Assembly (NCBI RefSeq): GCF_000981445.1
Contig: NC_027218.1
Span: 1,798,001 to 1,862,000, forward strand
DNA length: 64,000 nt
Source: Babesia bigemina
Lineage: Eukaryota
Reading direction: 5' to 3'
In this document: in pieces, positions 22,101 to 33,190 of the stretch
How the letters are laid out: every line of letters begins with the position of its first letter
Numbering within the stretch: the first letter of the stretch is position 1
Notes under the pieces: generated by a model
Told to the model about the DNA's origin: nothing
The model's input: only the letters and a program-made list of their open reading frames with translations
The model's database searches: none
Program-made: the position numbers and the translations under genes

Positions 22101-24094
22101 CGGCAGCAGCTGCTGCGACCCCAAACAACGATTCGGGCGTCACGCTGCCGCCGGTGCCGATGGTCCACCTGGGCAAACATACCTGGCCGGTGGTGGACGA
22201 CACTAACTTCGTGAGGCGCCAGAAGGAGATCACGGAGTGCGACCTCAGCATTGTGTCATCCCAGTTGCGCAAGATCCGTGAGAATATCCGTGAGAACGTC
22301 TTGGAGATGAACTCCGGACCGCCCACCATGAACCAGCGGCTCGGCTACGCCTCCAAGCTGCTCGAGCAGTACGAGTCCGTGGAACGCTGGACCACCCTGG
22401 TTACGAACTTCTGCCGTGGCCTCTCCGACTCGCAGGACTCGTTGACCCCCACGGTCGCGGCGGCACCCAGGATGCAGTCCCCAGTTGTCGTGACTCCGAA
22501 CACCCCCGATATACGCAACGCGGCCAAAAAGGCCGAGGGAATCGCCGAAGGCGCATACTGCAGCGTGTGCTTCGTCAACAAGGGCAACAACCTCAACCCG
22601 ATCTACACCTGCTCCCGGTGCTTCATGTCGACGCACCGCAACTGCTACGGCGTGAACCGCACAGGTAAGGAGTCCGACAACAGCGACTACATCTGCCGTC
22701 GCTGCGAGTACGAGCGCCGTACCATGGGCGGGCAGTGGCAGACCGCCTTCCGCAGCTGCAGCATCCTGTGCAGCATTTGCGGCCGGGGCGGCGGCGCGTT
22801 GAAGCATTGCGACCTCGAAGAGTGGGCCCACGTGTTCTGCCTGTTGTGCCTGATGCCGGAGACCGAGTGCAGCAACTACACCACGATGGAGCCGTGGACT
22901 CTGGCCGGCATCGCGAGGTGGCGGCGCGAGGCCATATGCTCGGTCTGCGGCGTCGGCTGGGGCTACGTAATGCGCTGCAGCGACTGCGAAGTCGCCGCGC
23001 ACCCGCTGTGTGCCTGGCTGCATGGGTATCGCGTGCAGGCGGTATCCACCGTGGGTTATCTGTCGCATGAGCCCCAGGACAGCGGCCTTATGCGCGAACT
23101 CCACGTGCGCGTGCAGTGCAACGCGCATGACAAGTCTCGCCAGTGGCAGCAATTCGTGACGATCCGGAACAAACGCTTCCTGAACAGGGACACGGCCTAC
23201 TGGCTGTTCGAGGGCTGCGACAAGCGGCGGAAGTCGCGTGCCGTGTTCCTGGAGTCGCTCATGTCCTCCGAGTCTATGGACCCGGGGTCGATGGTAGCCG
23301 ACCCAGCATACCTGGCGCAACTCTCGGGCGACAGGCGCTGCGGCGTCTGCTTTGGCACGGGAATGCTGACGGAATGCGGCCACTGCAACGCGCGGATGCA
23401 CTACAACTGCTACGTGGAGCTGGATGCGAAGGGCGCAAGCAGCATTCTATCGGATAAGCTCAACGCCAACAAGCACGTCACCTGCGACGTCTGCAGCAAC
23501 GGCGATGAGGGTGCCATCTGCGCAATTTGCCGCGTCTCGACTGGTCTGCTGAAACAGATCCCAACGGCGCGTGGCGGCGCGGACGCCCATCGTCGCTACA
23601 TCCACGCCATTTGCGGAGTGTGCTTCCCCGAAGTGCTGCTGCGCGTATACACAGGCGAACACGACGTGGATGGGACCACGCCCCAAAACGTCGACTCCGC
23701 GGCTGCCTCTGCCAACGGGGCCGCGCAGTGCGCATGCTGCCGGTCGTCCGAGGGTCTCATGGTCCGCTGCTTCAGGGAGGGCTGCAGCGTCGTTTTCCAC
23801 GCCATCTGTGGCATGATCAATCGCTACGTGGTGGAGTCGCACAACATGGACATCGCAGCCGGGCCGCGGTACGTGGCCTTCTGCCAGCAGCACTCCCTGC
23901 TGTCGCGCAGCGTCGGCAACAACGTCAAGCTGATGCTGCGGCTGCGCCCGGCGCTGAAGCTGCTGAAAGAGGCCGTGGATGACCTGGCCTCGCAGGACGT
24001 GGTGATGCGCGCGTGGTACCGCAAGCGTCAGGAGCTGCTCAACGCGGAGTGCCCGCTGGGCACCCTTATCCAAAAGCCGGCGAACAAATCGTAA
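19175..24094 (+). CDS. Large PHD/extended-PHD zinc-finger chromatin protein (JADE/BRPF/AF10-like modules)
   Basis: Three PHD+ePHD-type clusters (CDAC..VHPNCYG; CALCGLPGGAM..WVHCSC; CSVC..HRNCYG..CSICGRGGGALK..WAHVFC; CGVC..HYNCY..IHAICG..FHAIC) in a single ~1640-aa ORF. Confidence 0.85.
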   Translation: MASDGAAQETDSCPDQTPVPESFMGTLSAPPTDYISALAQYGSISGASEWSRGDKYASVSNERLFYDSGSFAHPSYEGALYQGFEPSAWLVESEVLNRTRRCCLTGEPVSLAADERCDACLGLLIGDACRCDACGVVVHPNCYGPESRSWEWYLGSSQNAFPQTQGDLFSYDQATFTTLHSPFESPRRRRSASCDADGPCESDESTAHLSDRPTAYRDFTCDVCAAADGAGTPQCALCGLPGGAMRHSPDCDRWVHCSCVAFAPESSGIAFRRMLRMRDPVGIQAFIAQMTPGGNACDACGKSDGLVAPCSFAKCSKFVHSRCTTFQEGYRGCAFSDQVYYRLDMGEQYFDFVGAFCAQHSSYDHVVMGIQMQLRRRQVLREQGSSSYRKYQGEVADIIRMASAVTASALHDDGEDEASEALSPELVLRMKSFIGGPCEGGDGDDDDDYDDDEDEDDEEEEEEEEKWEDDDYGIGEENWDDGYEDYDEEYEENWEEEYENGDDEEEDKGQEEEEYEENEDRKGGSEMDECDSELQCEEWSFDEWRDYLLSPAADDADTYEVAAIQDVDCDEIDVNMPVDVASPCDDVPVVDVQAASGDGGLDSSGSQFRSQRMMWQKFDIFRPLPYGPASDDLLANMDQNARKKSVAEYWRLEDNVLTCSDFLEPRDLSEMFLQQVMLGCNGVMDLLQSLKDDVDQELQSSAKANNGMPADERRYSRFHVLVDTGRTAGVLIFKVNKWLLEVLQADAALTERTDKSAISAAGIALDEEVRHFLSHVQGEVARNTYSNTSFYTNSGALKEIDFSSGIGEYGLRDDIRQLHQTVNAVTSESELSRIRRKMLKKGKGDPSLNSMELEKFVVLSPMESELLRRCAFEMSHANDANVKLAVLKNTVDASVNTSCLQMIDWAAVMAKIKTSTHFTASIKGSSKGSSRPSHSAKASRNSNADKAANSEAAATAPEPSTSGSSGRTSAAAAAAAAAAAATPNNDSGVTLPPVPMVHLGKHTWPVVDDTNFVRRQKEITECDLSIVSSQLRKIRENIRENVLEMNSGPPTMNQRLGYASKLLEQYESVERWTTLVTNFCRGLSDSQDSLTPTVAAAPRMQSPVVVTPNTPDIRNAAKKAEGIAEGAYCSVCFVNKGNNLNPIYTCSRCFMSTHRNCYGVNRTGKESDNSDYICRRCEYERRTMGGQWQTAFRSCSILCSICGRGGGALKHCDLEEWAHVFCLLCLMPETECSNYTTMEPWTLAGIARWRREAICSVCGVGWGYVMRCSDCEVAAHPLCAWLHGYRVQAVSTVGYLSHEPQDSGLMRELHVRVQCNAHDKSRQWQQFVTIRNKRFLNRDTAYWLFEGCDKRRKSRAVFLESLMSSESMDPGSMVADPAYLAQLSGDRRCGVCFGTGMLTECGHCNARMHYNCYVELDAKGASSILSDKLNANKHVTCDVCSNGDEGAICAICRVSTGLLKQIPTARGGADAHRRYIHAICGVCFPEVLLRVYTGEHDVDGTTPQNVDSAAASANGAAQCACCRSSEGLMVRCFREGCSVVFHAICGMINRYVVESHNMDIAAGPRYVAFCQQHSLLSRSVGNNVKLMLRLRPALKLLKEAVDDLASQDVVMRAWYRKRQELLNAECPLGTLIQKPANKS
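20491..20760 (+). repeat. Purine-rich low-complexity tract encoding a D/E acidic run
   Basis: GAT/GAG/GAA-dominated sequence encoding DDDDDYDDDEDEDDEEEEEEEEKWEDDDY...EEEEYEENE. Confidence 0.9.
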
Positions 24095-24198
24095 TACTCT
24101 ACATATAGGTGCACATTTGCGATGTGTGCGCGTTGGTCACTCTGTGTGCGTTATGTAGGCAGCAATCGGCTTCGGCAGCCCGTGCCGCGGCCGGCGCC

Positions 24199-27100
24199 AT
24201 GAGAGCGCGCTGGATTCCGTCCACTTATGCGGCCATTGCGCTCTTCGCGGCATTAATTACGCTGTCTGCCGCTTTTAGGGCACATGAGTCGCGCTCCGGG
24301 CTCGCCGCGGGGTCCTTTGCGCGTGGAAGGTTGCAACGACGCTACGTGGAGGCTACAGGTATGTCCAAAATGCCTTGTACGCAACTTCGTGGCGTATGAC
24401 ACCATCTGTACCTATTCTAGCAGCTACGGTGATTGCTACACGTGTGTCATACCCAAATAATTGCGCTTTCAGGTAAAGGCGCAGTCCGTCTGATAACGCC
24501 TCCACCTAACCTAACTGGCGACCTCCACGTGGGCAATGCGTTGAACCTCGTGTGTAGCGACATATATCTACGCCACGCGGAGCTGTCGAATCGTGAAGTC
24601 TACGCGCGTTTCTGCAGCGACCATGCCGGCCAGGGTTTGGAGCGCATTGTCAACCGCGGCGTCGGCGTGGACAAGCCACCCGGCCAAAGGCTGCGGTGCG
24701 CATTGCGCCACTGCAAAACAGTGTCAGACGACCACATGGATACTCTGTCCAGCCTAGGTGTCGATTGGCTTTACGGAGGCTGGACCTTGGGGCGGCGGAG
24801 CAAGGAGGTGACCAGGCATGCGTTCGTCAGCCTGTACCGCGGGGGGCACCTCGCTGAAAAATTGTATCCTACCTTCGCCAAGGTCACCGACGAGGTGGTC
24901 ACGTTTCTAGACTCCGCCGACGTCGACTTAGTAAGGCAACCCAAGAAGCTGTACGCTGTTGATCTGAAGCTGGTCGATGATGGCGGGAGCCAACCCGCCG
25001 CCGCATCCTCGGACGCGGGATCCCCCGACGGCCATCCATCGCGGCACTCCGATAGTGAAGATTACATCACGGTGCACACGACGAAACCCGCACTGCTTCA
25101 CGCCTCGGCAGCCGTCGCCGTGTCGGACTCGACTTCGGGCAGGCTCAAGGGCAAGGCGGCGGTGCTCCCAGGATCGCACAGGCGCATTCCCCTGATCGCC
25201 TCAGGGGGAGTTGACGACGACCGAGCTACGCTTGTCATGCCAGGGTACCTGTTTGAGGATTACCAGCTGGCGTTGAAACATGGGCTCGACGTGATCGACA
25301 TCACCGATGAGCGTGGTCGCCTGAAGAACGTCGTTCCAGAGCTCGAAAATCTGACCATTGCAGAGGCTGAAAGGAAGATTATCGACGGCTTTGCCGAGGT
25401 AGCGACGGTGGAGGAGCCGTCACCCACGCTGCTCGGCGACCCGAGCTGCGATGTATACACGCTGCCCGCACCTCACTGGCTGCTCGACGTGAGCGCCATA
25501 TCTGGTCCGGCTTTGGACGCGATGGCTGGGCTGGAAGTCGACCCCCCAAGCCGCAGCTCGATGCTGCGCCAACGTGTGGCGTCAACGCAGCCTTGGTGCA
25601 TCAGCCGATACGGCTGGTGGGGGCTGCGTGTCCCCGTGTGGTACCTGAGGAAAGACGGAGTCTCCATACCCTTCCCGGCGCAATCGCAATCGGAAGCAGA
25701 GCAAATGGTTGCGCAGTATCTGCAGTGTTCAATTTCGGACGCATTGAGCAGAGGTTACGCGATCGAGCAGGACACACGGACCCTCGACACCTGGTTCACA
25801 TCTGCGCTCTGGCCCATAACTACCACCCCTGACACCTATTCACCACCATTGGCGCCTGAATCGTTCGATTCCATCACTTTAAGCGACGGGATTCCCTTGG
25901 AAGGCGTTGTTGTTAACCGTGAAGCAGGTGGCGAAGTCGACGAGGGTAGCACCTTGGAGGAGGATGCCATGGCCTCCATGGAAGCCAACCAAAAGGATGG
26001 TGTGGATCGGGGAGGTGCTTCTAATTATGATTTTGTGGATCAGAAAGGCGCTTCTAATTGTGATTTTGTGGATCAGGGAGGCGCTTCTAATTGTGATTTT
26101 GTGGATCAGAAAGGCGCTTCTAATTGTGATTTTGTGGATCAGGGAGGTACTCCCAAACGTGATCTGGCGCTATCCCACGCCGCAACGCTGTGTGATGCGA
26201 ATGCCACCAGGGTGTTGTATACGTGTTACGACATCCTTCACTCCTGGGTGGCCCGCATGCTGCTACTGTGCACGTGGTTCTCGAAGGGCAAGCTGCCGTT
26301 TGACAAGTTGGTGTTACACGGGCTTGTCAACGACTCCTCCGGCCGGAAGATGAGCAAGTCTGAGGGCAACACCGTGACGGCTAAGGAATTCGTGGAGGGT
26401 TTCGGCCAGCTGCCAGGCTTCCCAGACCTCAGCAAACCTAGTGAAATCGACATTCTGATCGCGAAGGCTGTCGGTAAAAGCGTGAAGCATACCAGCCCGC
26501 TGGCAATGGCCCAGGCACGGCTGGTGCTGGCCACGGCCGCCTCCAAAGCCAACGTCTGCCACGATCTGGGCGGCTACGCCGACCGCGTGAAAAGCCTGCT
26601 CAAGAAGGTAGCCAACATCACAAAGTACGTCAGCAACGCAAGCAAGCAGCACGGCCTCGATCACATGTGGGACGTGTCGCCTGATGAGGTGGGCAAAACG
26701 TTCGTGGAGCGGCTGGTGGCGGCCGGACTCTCGAGGGCCGGTAGGGCAGTTGGTGATTGCATCGAAACCTTTTCGTTCCGCAGGGCGTTCGAGAATCTAG
26801 AGCAGTACGTGTCGGTATTCTCGGAGTACGCAATCCCCAGCCACCGGCACGGCGACATGGGCATTGGAGCTCTGGCCACGGGCTACCGGGACCTCCTGAG
26901 GCTGCTGATGCCGTTCACCCCCCAACTAGTGACTGCTATGCCCATACCGATCGGCATGAAGGACACCGGCGAGCTGTTCGAATGGCCGACGTTCGGCGCC
27001 CCCGTCGCCGAGGACGAGCGCGCCTTCGACGTGCTCGAAAGCGTCATTCGGCAGCTGCGCAGGCACGCACTGGAAGGCTCCGAAAACGCCAAAGTCGAGG

Positions 27101-27204
27101 CTCCGGAGGACCTCAGGGGCGCGGTCGAAGCGCACCGCCCGCTGCTGACATACCTGCTCAAGCTTACGTACAACACGGTCATACATTTTAATGTACAGTC
27201 CTAG
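24199..27204 (+). CDS. valS: Valyl-tRNA synthetase, probably apicoplast-targeted (intron 24359-24472)
   Basis: Signal peptide plus basic transit-like leader in exon 1. Motifs PPPNLTGDLHVGNAL, DHAG, PWCISRYGWWGLRVPVW, LDTWFTSALWP, WVARM and GRKMSKSEGN. Confidence 0.85.
26011..26142 (+). repeat. 33-nt coding tandem repeat x4 ([GK]GASN[YC]DFVDQ) inside ValRS
   Basis: ggaggtgcttctaattatgattttgtggatcag and three near-identical copies. Confidence 0.95.
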
Positions 27205-29153
27205 TCAGCCTCTTTGCGGCCTGCTGCTTTGCAGCCACCGGTCCGCGTGCGGCGGCGTGAAGTTGTTCCGCGCGGCCCAGGTGAACCGTTCGTCGCCGTC
27301 GCCGTTGTAGGGGTACGAGGTCCACCCGGGGTGGTGCTGCTGGATGTAGCAGGTGAACATCCGCACCACCAGCGAGTAGAACGTCCGGTCGAACTGCTCG
27401 TCCCAGTCGAAGTGTATGGGCCTGCCCTTGGCGTCCTCGAGCGCCCAGATCGAGCGCTCCTCCTCCACGTGCCGCCGCCGGCGGTAGGTGGTCCGCACGA
27501 TGTCGCGGTACTTGAGCTCGTGCGTGGCGGGGTGCACCGGGTTGGACGAGCTCGACAGTTCGTCCTGCGGAGTCGCGAACGACTCGTCGGAAAACGACAA
27601 CGAGGATTCGGAGCTCGTGCTGTCGTCGGCGAATTGGCTTTCCTCAGCCCGTTCGACGCCCGTGTCGTTATCCTCCACGCACGCCTCGAAGCGCACCGAG
27701 TGGCTGAAGAGGTCCATCGCCGCACCCAGCCGCCGAGTGCTGATGACTGAAGTGGCCTCCGTCGCCTTGTACGCCTGCTCCACCGCCTTCTTTATCATGG
27801 TCTCCAGGTCCGACGGCGTGTCCATGTCGCTCCTGCAGACTATCCTTGCGATTTGCTTGAGGTTCAGGTGCATCAGCGCGCCGATCTGCAGCAGACGCAC
27901 CGACACACGCATCGTACGCAGGCACTCCGGTCGAATGAGCAGCCGCCTCCGCAGCCGCTCGGCGTCCTTGTCGGGGTCGTACGCGAAGATCAGCTTGAGC
28001 TCGTTCTTACCGAACGGTATCTCCGTTTGCGGCCAGTCGAACCACACCAGGTCCATGTCGGCCACGTCCACCACGTCGGGCAAGATGAGGCCGTGGTCGA
28101 TCGGGATCAGCTTGTAGCGCGGCACACCAGGGGGCAGCGTCTGCCCGTCGTGGCTGCGCTGACGCAAGTCCATCACCAAAATGTTGCCGTCGTTGCGGTC
28201 GAGGTTCACCACGCGCAGGTCCAGAATGCCGATGCGGTGCACGTCAGTCACCGGGAACAGACTGGGGTTGTAGTTCCCGCTGGACTCCTTGCAGTCGATG
28301 AACTCCTGCAGCGACCCCGTTTTCCACTTCAAGCCGGATCCCACGTCCTTGATGAACTTCGCATCGCAGGAGTTGTGGAACGCCGGGTGGCTCGCTTCCA
28401 CCATGGTGGTGTCGGGCACGCCGCACGCGCCGCCGTACGCCGAGTCCAGCAGGTACGCAGCCACCTCACGGCTCGCGCCCTCGCCGGACAGCACGCCCGA
28501 CCGAAACCCCTGCTGGTTGAGCTTCCCCTCGTACCCGCGCGGGTTGCACGGCGCGAACGCCTCCTCGTCGATGGGCTTGAACACCGCACAGCACACGCGC
28601 TGCTTGTTGTACATCATGTATGTGCCTCCTGCGGTAAGTTCAGCCGACGGGAAGGCCACCTCACCTGTGCCGTCCATCGTCAGCTTCGGCTTGATGTTGT
28701 TCTTGAGCGACAGCGCGATTTCGTTGATGATGCTCTGCATGTGGCTCGTGGTCTTGATGCCCGCACGCCGGATGCCCGCACTCGGGTTGGTCTCGCGCAT
28801 GGACCAGAAGAGCCGATGGTCGTTCTCGCCCTTGCCCATGTACGTCTCCATGGTGCGGTAGTTCGGCAGCTCCACGCCCTTGTAGAGGATCCGGAGGTCG
28901 TTGACTCCGGTGCCCGAGGGCAGGTGCAGCTTCTTGATGAGCAGCCGCTTGACCATCTGCGCCGGATGTGAGGGAGACGGCGGCGCGGTACCTGAACGTC
29001 GTAGAAGGGGTAGAGCCTGATCGCGCCATGCCGGTCGCCGTGGAGCTCGTGCAGCACGCAGCGCGTGCCCTTATCTTCCGGCGACACATCGCGGAGAGCG
29101 TTATGCGTGCTGAAGTAGTTCTGCTGCGATATCCGGAGGCCGCCAGAGGACAT
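27205..29153 (-). CDS. Type II-like phosphatidylinositol 4-kinase (PI4K-gamma type) with N-terminal ubiquitin-like domain
   Basis: AVFKPIDEE, REVAAYLLD, GSLQEF, HRIGILDLRVVNLDRNDGNIL and LIPIDHGL. UBL-like LRILYKGVEL segment. Introns at 28629-28664 and ~28957-28991. Confidence 0.88.
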
Positions 29154-29519
29154 GTTTGCGGTCTGTGGCGCGTGAGATCGCAGGTCCCTGGCGACTAGGA
29201 GTGGAAGGCGGAATCGGCGACGGCAGGTGTGCGGTGACCACGCGACACCCAGGCGGCGAACCTTATCTAGTCATAAAATCAGTATATTACCGTGACAGTT
29301 GCTACCGAAACGTTCGTCACAAACTAGCGCTGTTAGCTCGCCAGGTGCTCGGCGGTCGCCGTATGCCGGATGTCCAGGGGGCGTCGAAAGGGTGCCGCCA
29401 CGGACTGACGAGCGTTAAAATTTGGGCGGAGACACACTCGGTAGATTCCGCGCTTGATCGGAGTCCACACCAGAATCCACAGACGTCGCGCGTCGCAGCA
29501 GCGGGTACCGTCGGAGATG

Positions 29520-29807
29520 TCAGCAGGGCTCGTTGGTCAAATCGCCGGGACCCTTACGGTACTTGCCGATGATTATGAGCACACCCCAGACCAACGACCA
29601 CAGCCAGCCGACGATCGGAAGGAGCAGCTGCGCGACGCCGATGAGCACATCCTCCAGGCAGTTGTTCGTGATTCCGAGGATGATGAGCCCTGAGCCGAAA
29701 ATGATCATGTTCAGCACGCCGCACGTGTACACCAGCCCCGCGGGGCCGCCCGTTGGCACCTTGAGCCCCTTTACGCGGTTCCACGCCCTCGTGAAGCAGG
29801 TCAGCAT
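29520..29807 (-). CDS. Small membrane protein, SPEC3/Stum-like
   Basis: CGVLNMIIFGSGLIILG...IGVAQLLLPIVGWLWSLVWG matches the recalled SPEC3/Stum hairpin pattern. Confidence 0.7.
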   Translation of the reverse strand: MLTCFTRAWNRVKGLKVPTGGPAGLVYTCGVLNMIIFGSGLIILGITNNCLEDVLIGVAQLLLPIVGWLWSLVWGVLIIIGKYRKGPGDLTNEPC

Positions 29808-29962
29808 GTTGACGGCCGGTTCGGTGAACGTCTCAGTCTTCGCGCATCAGATGAAAATTCGTAGCCTCCCGTTTTTCGGGCGTTGTTATGCGCGGCCCGG
29901 ATACGTGCGGCTCGGCACGCAGGACCGCTGGGGATTCCGCGCTGGCGCAGCAGTAGGTGCGC

Positions 29963-31096
29963 CTAAAGAAGGTTGTGATACAGCGACCGCGGCGTAGTAT
30001 GCGAGTTTTTGTAGCCGTAGCTGTGATCACTCTCGCGCATCAGAGATCGTAGGGGCGATCTCACGTTGAATCCCGTGGCGCTCGAGTCCCTGCCGCCGGG
30101 AGCGACGGTGCTGCTTATCCTGCGCGGACGCGTCGAGTCGAACAGGCTTACCGGGTCTTCCACACGCCTTAGAGGCCTTACCACAGATCCGTTTGCACGG
30201 TTCAGATCGCCCGAGAGATAGCTCGGGTACTTCTGCTCGCTGGCCTCGCCGGCCCTTCCGCGGGGTGTGTAGCCGAACTCCTGCGCCCTTGCCAAGTTCG
30301 CGCTCTTCTCCCACGGAAACGGCGACACCAGCGTATCCACGTTCACGGTAGCGTTGTTTGACGCGGCTCGGTCCACCACCGGAGTCTCCAGGGCACCGTA
30401 GTCGTTGCCGGACTCCACGCCCGGCTGGAAGGCGCTCAGGAACTCCTTCTGGAAGTTGAACTGGCTTCTAGGCGCCCGCACCGGCGTGAGCAAGGACTGC
30501 TCGTTCAGCGGGATGCTGGATCCCAGTGCCCCCCTGCGGTAGCTGTCGGTGTCGAAAATGTTGCAATTGCCGACGAGGGTTGCCGCGGCGTTCGTCGCGA
30601 ACCGGTCCACGCTCTCGTTCAGCACATCGTTAGCCCTCGTGCCTGGCATTCGGCCAGTGTCGCTGCGGAGGTACGCCGGCCTCACGACGCTCTGAGGCTC
30701 CGGCCGTGTCGACAACCGGGGCTCCGGCCGCATGCGACGGGTCACCGCTGGCGACGACATCATGAAGGGCTCGATGGGTGGCAGGCTCCTGGGCGCCGCC
30801 ATCGACGCCGCATAGGTGCCAGAGCTGCGCAGCTCGGCGGCCATCTTCTCCAGGCCAACTTCGGAGACGTAGCAAGACTCCCGGCTCAGCTCCACCAGGC
30901 TCGGGTACAGCTCGCGGACCCTCGCATCGGTACCGTGCGGCAGCGCGTACGGGTCGGAGGCGAACACATTGGTCGCCGCGATGACGCGCCGCCCCTCACC
31001 GCTCGGGTAACACTCCAGCGCGGCGGCCCTGTCGCCCATGAGCCGGCGGTATTCCTCCTCCAGGTGGAAGCTCTTCCATATCGCCGTGGCGGCCAT
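29963..31096 (-). CDS. Hypothetical protein (377 aa)
   Basis: Long ORF with ATG and coding-like codon usage; no recognised domain. Confidence 0.65.
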   Translation of the reverse strand: MAATAIWKSFHLEEEYRRLMGDRAAALECYPSGEGRRVIAATNVFASDPYALPHGTDARVRELYPSLVELSRESCYVSEVGLEKMAAELRSSGTYAASMAAPRSLPPIEPFMMSSPAVTRRMRPEPRLSTRPEPQSVVRPAYLRSDTGRMPGTRANDVLNESVDRFATNAAATLVGNCNIFDTDSYRRGALGSSIPLNEQSLLTPVRAPRSQFNFQKEFLSAFQPGVESGNDYGALETPVVDRAASNNATVNVDTLVSPFPWEKSANLARAQEFGYTPRGRAGEASEQKYPSYLSGDLNRANGSVVRPLRRVEDPVSLFDSTRPRRISSTVAPGGRDSSATGFNVRSPLRSLMRESDHSYGYKNSHTTPRSLYHNLL

Positions 31097-31974
31097 GTCT
31101 GCACGGCGTGACTGCGATTGAGGTCTGCGGGCTGACGCGGCCCGACGCGGTGCGTGGCCCCGCCGAATCTAGGGCGACTGCGGGCCACTCCCGTTCTCCT
31201 TGCGGGGATTGAACGGCGAACGTCACACACCCAGTGTGGACAGCTGCGTAAGACGGCAGGCCTTTGCGATTAAAATGAAAATGTTACACCGCTTTTGTGT
31301 TATGGCGCTTTGTGGGTTGTTCCGAACGAAGGGCGGTCGCGGGGCCGTCTGCCGCACGATAACCGCGATGTTGTCGGAAGGTCGCCGTGGGACATACAAC
31401 TTCACCGCAGAGGCGTTGCGCACGGATCACGCAATATTTGTGTTGGTCAATGGAGCCGGGTAGCGACGAGGCTACGTCGGCTGGGATGCAACGGAGCAGC
31501 TTTTCCACGACCGTTCCGTCGACGGTGGGCCAAACGAACCCGGCGAACGCCATACGGCGCGAGCCGCGTACGCCGTTTTGGAACAGCGCAACCCTCGAAT
31601 TCGCCGATGGGCGTCAGGACACCCACTGAGTCTCCGGCCGCGCCGACTGCCGGTACGGCCGCGTTAGTGGCGACGCTTACAGGTGGCTGCACGGCGCATT
31701 GGCGTGGTTCGACTCACTAAAGATTGGCCTGTGTAGGCCGCGGCGCCGTTGGCTGGGCGGCATCGTTGCGCAGTTTATCCAGACCCGTAACCGGTGGGGA
31801 GGTGATTCTGGCGATAGGCGCTCACGCGCGCCGCCGGGTCCTCACAACCTATCGCGCCGATTTACGCACTCGCACCATTTTTAGAGATAGCACGGCACTG
31901 TACGTTTACGAGTAGCTGCATCCACCCGCGAGGCAGTGTGCGCGTAACCGTTCGTGCTACGGCCGGCGCTGTAG

Positions 31975-32531
31975 ATGGCGATGATCGCGCTCTTCATCAC
32001 CAACCAGCACGGCAGCTTAATTTACTACAAGGTGCGTGCCACTCGCGCACATCTGACCACGCGCAGAGTCTCAACGGCCGTGACGCTTTCTCGTCGAACG
32101 ATGCCATCCGCCTAGCCAGCACACTGCACGGACTCTCGACCATCGCGCCGAAACTCTGTGTGCCCAATTCAGCGCAAGTGCAAACGCTGCTGCCGCAGCC
32201 GAAAGGTAACGGTTTCCGCCCTCCCCCTGAGCGCCATGCAGGCATAACGTGCATAGAATCCAGCTCCTTCAGGCTCCAGTGCTACGAGACCCTGACAGGT
32301 AGGGATGACATCGGTCCGGCAGTCGCACACCTGTCGTTAGGTCTGAAGATCTGCATAGTGTGCACTCCTCAGGGGCCCTCCAGGGAGCACGTCAACGTCA
32401 TCCTCAGCTACGTCTACGAGCTGTACGCGGACTTCGTGCAGAAGTGCCCGTTCCACCAGACTGACATGCCCGTGCGTTCAGAGCTATTCGACGACCGCAT
32501 CACGGCATACTTTGCGGAGCTATCCACCTAA
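31975..32531 (+). CDS. TRAPPC4: TRAPP complex subunit 4 (Trs23/sybindin), multi-exon
   Basis: MAMIALFITNQHGSLIYYK / SSNDAIRLASTLHGL / FRLQCYETLTG / VYELYADFVQKCPFHQTDMPVRSELFD. Introns include 32206-32241 and 32299-32340. Confidence 0.88.
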
Positions 32532-32809
32532 ATGCCGCCGCTCTGAGAAGGAGGCGTTACGCAGCCCAGCTGGAATTTTTCAAGTCTGCAAGGACACTGT
32601 AGCCGCGCGAACCTAGGACCAGTTGCACGCCGAGGTGACGACGGAGTTCTTGCGCCGGCTGATTTTTTTCACCATTTGTCATCATCGGAGGACCCACAGT
32701 GAATCGGCGGAGGAGCCGAGAACGTGATCATTTGTCGAAAGCGCGTCAAGCGACACGCCGAGCGTCGGTAGAGTTAGGGTGGGATCTGTGTCAGCAGGGC
32801 TAGGGCAGG

Positions 32810-33190
32810 ATGTCGTGGCGCATGTTCGGCTACGCGTGCTGCCTCATGTGCGGCTTCAACTTCGTGGTGTTCCAGTTCATCACGGCGCACCTCAAGGGCG
32901 ACCCGCGGCATGTGGAGCTGCTGCCGGAGCGCATCCCGACGGCGCACACCGCCTGCCTCGCCTGCAGCATCGTACACCTTATCGCAATGCTCGTATCGCT
33001 GGCGTACCTGCGGGGATACATCAAGTTCGACCCGTTCGAGCGGCCGCTGCGATTCATCAGGTCGACAGTCGGCCTCAGCCCGGTCTCAGGGCCCATGAGG
33101 TACCGCAAGATGACGGAAAACGGGACGGTGGTGCCGGAGAGCACGCACGACGCAGACACGGATTGCAGCGATAGCCACTACTTGCAGTAA
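32810..33190 (+). CDS. Hypothetical small two-TM protein
   Basis: 126-aa ORF with two hydrophobic segments and GC3-rich codons. Confidence 0.6.
   Translation: MSWRMFGYACCLMCGFNFVVFQFITAHLKGDPRHVELLPERIPTAHTACLACSIVHLIAMLVSLAYLRGYIKFDPFERPLRFIRSTVGLSPVSGPMRYRKMTENGTVVPESTHDADTDCSDSHYLQ

Noticed and set aside
31200..31915. Short ORFs between the 377-aa gene and TRAPPC4 (e.g. 31284-31553)
   Set aside because: No recognisable domain or consistent splice model; treated as a divergent intergenic region, though a small gene cannot be excluded.
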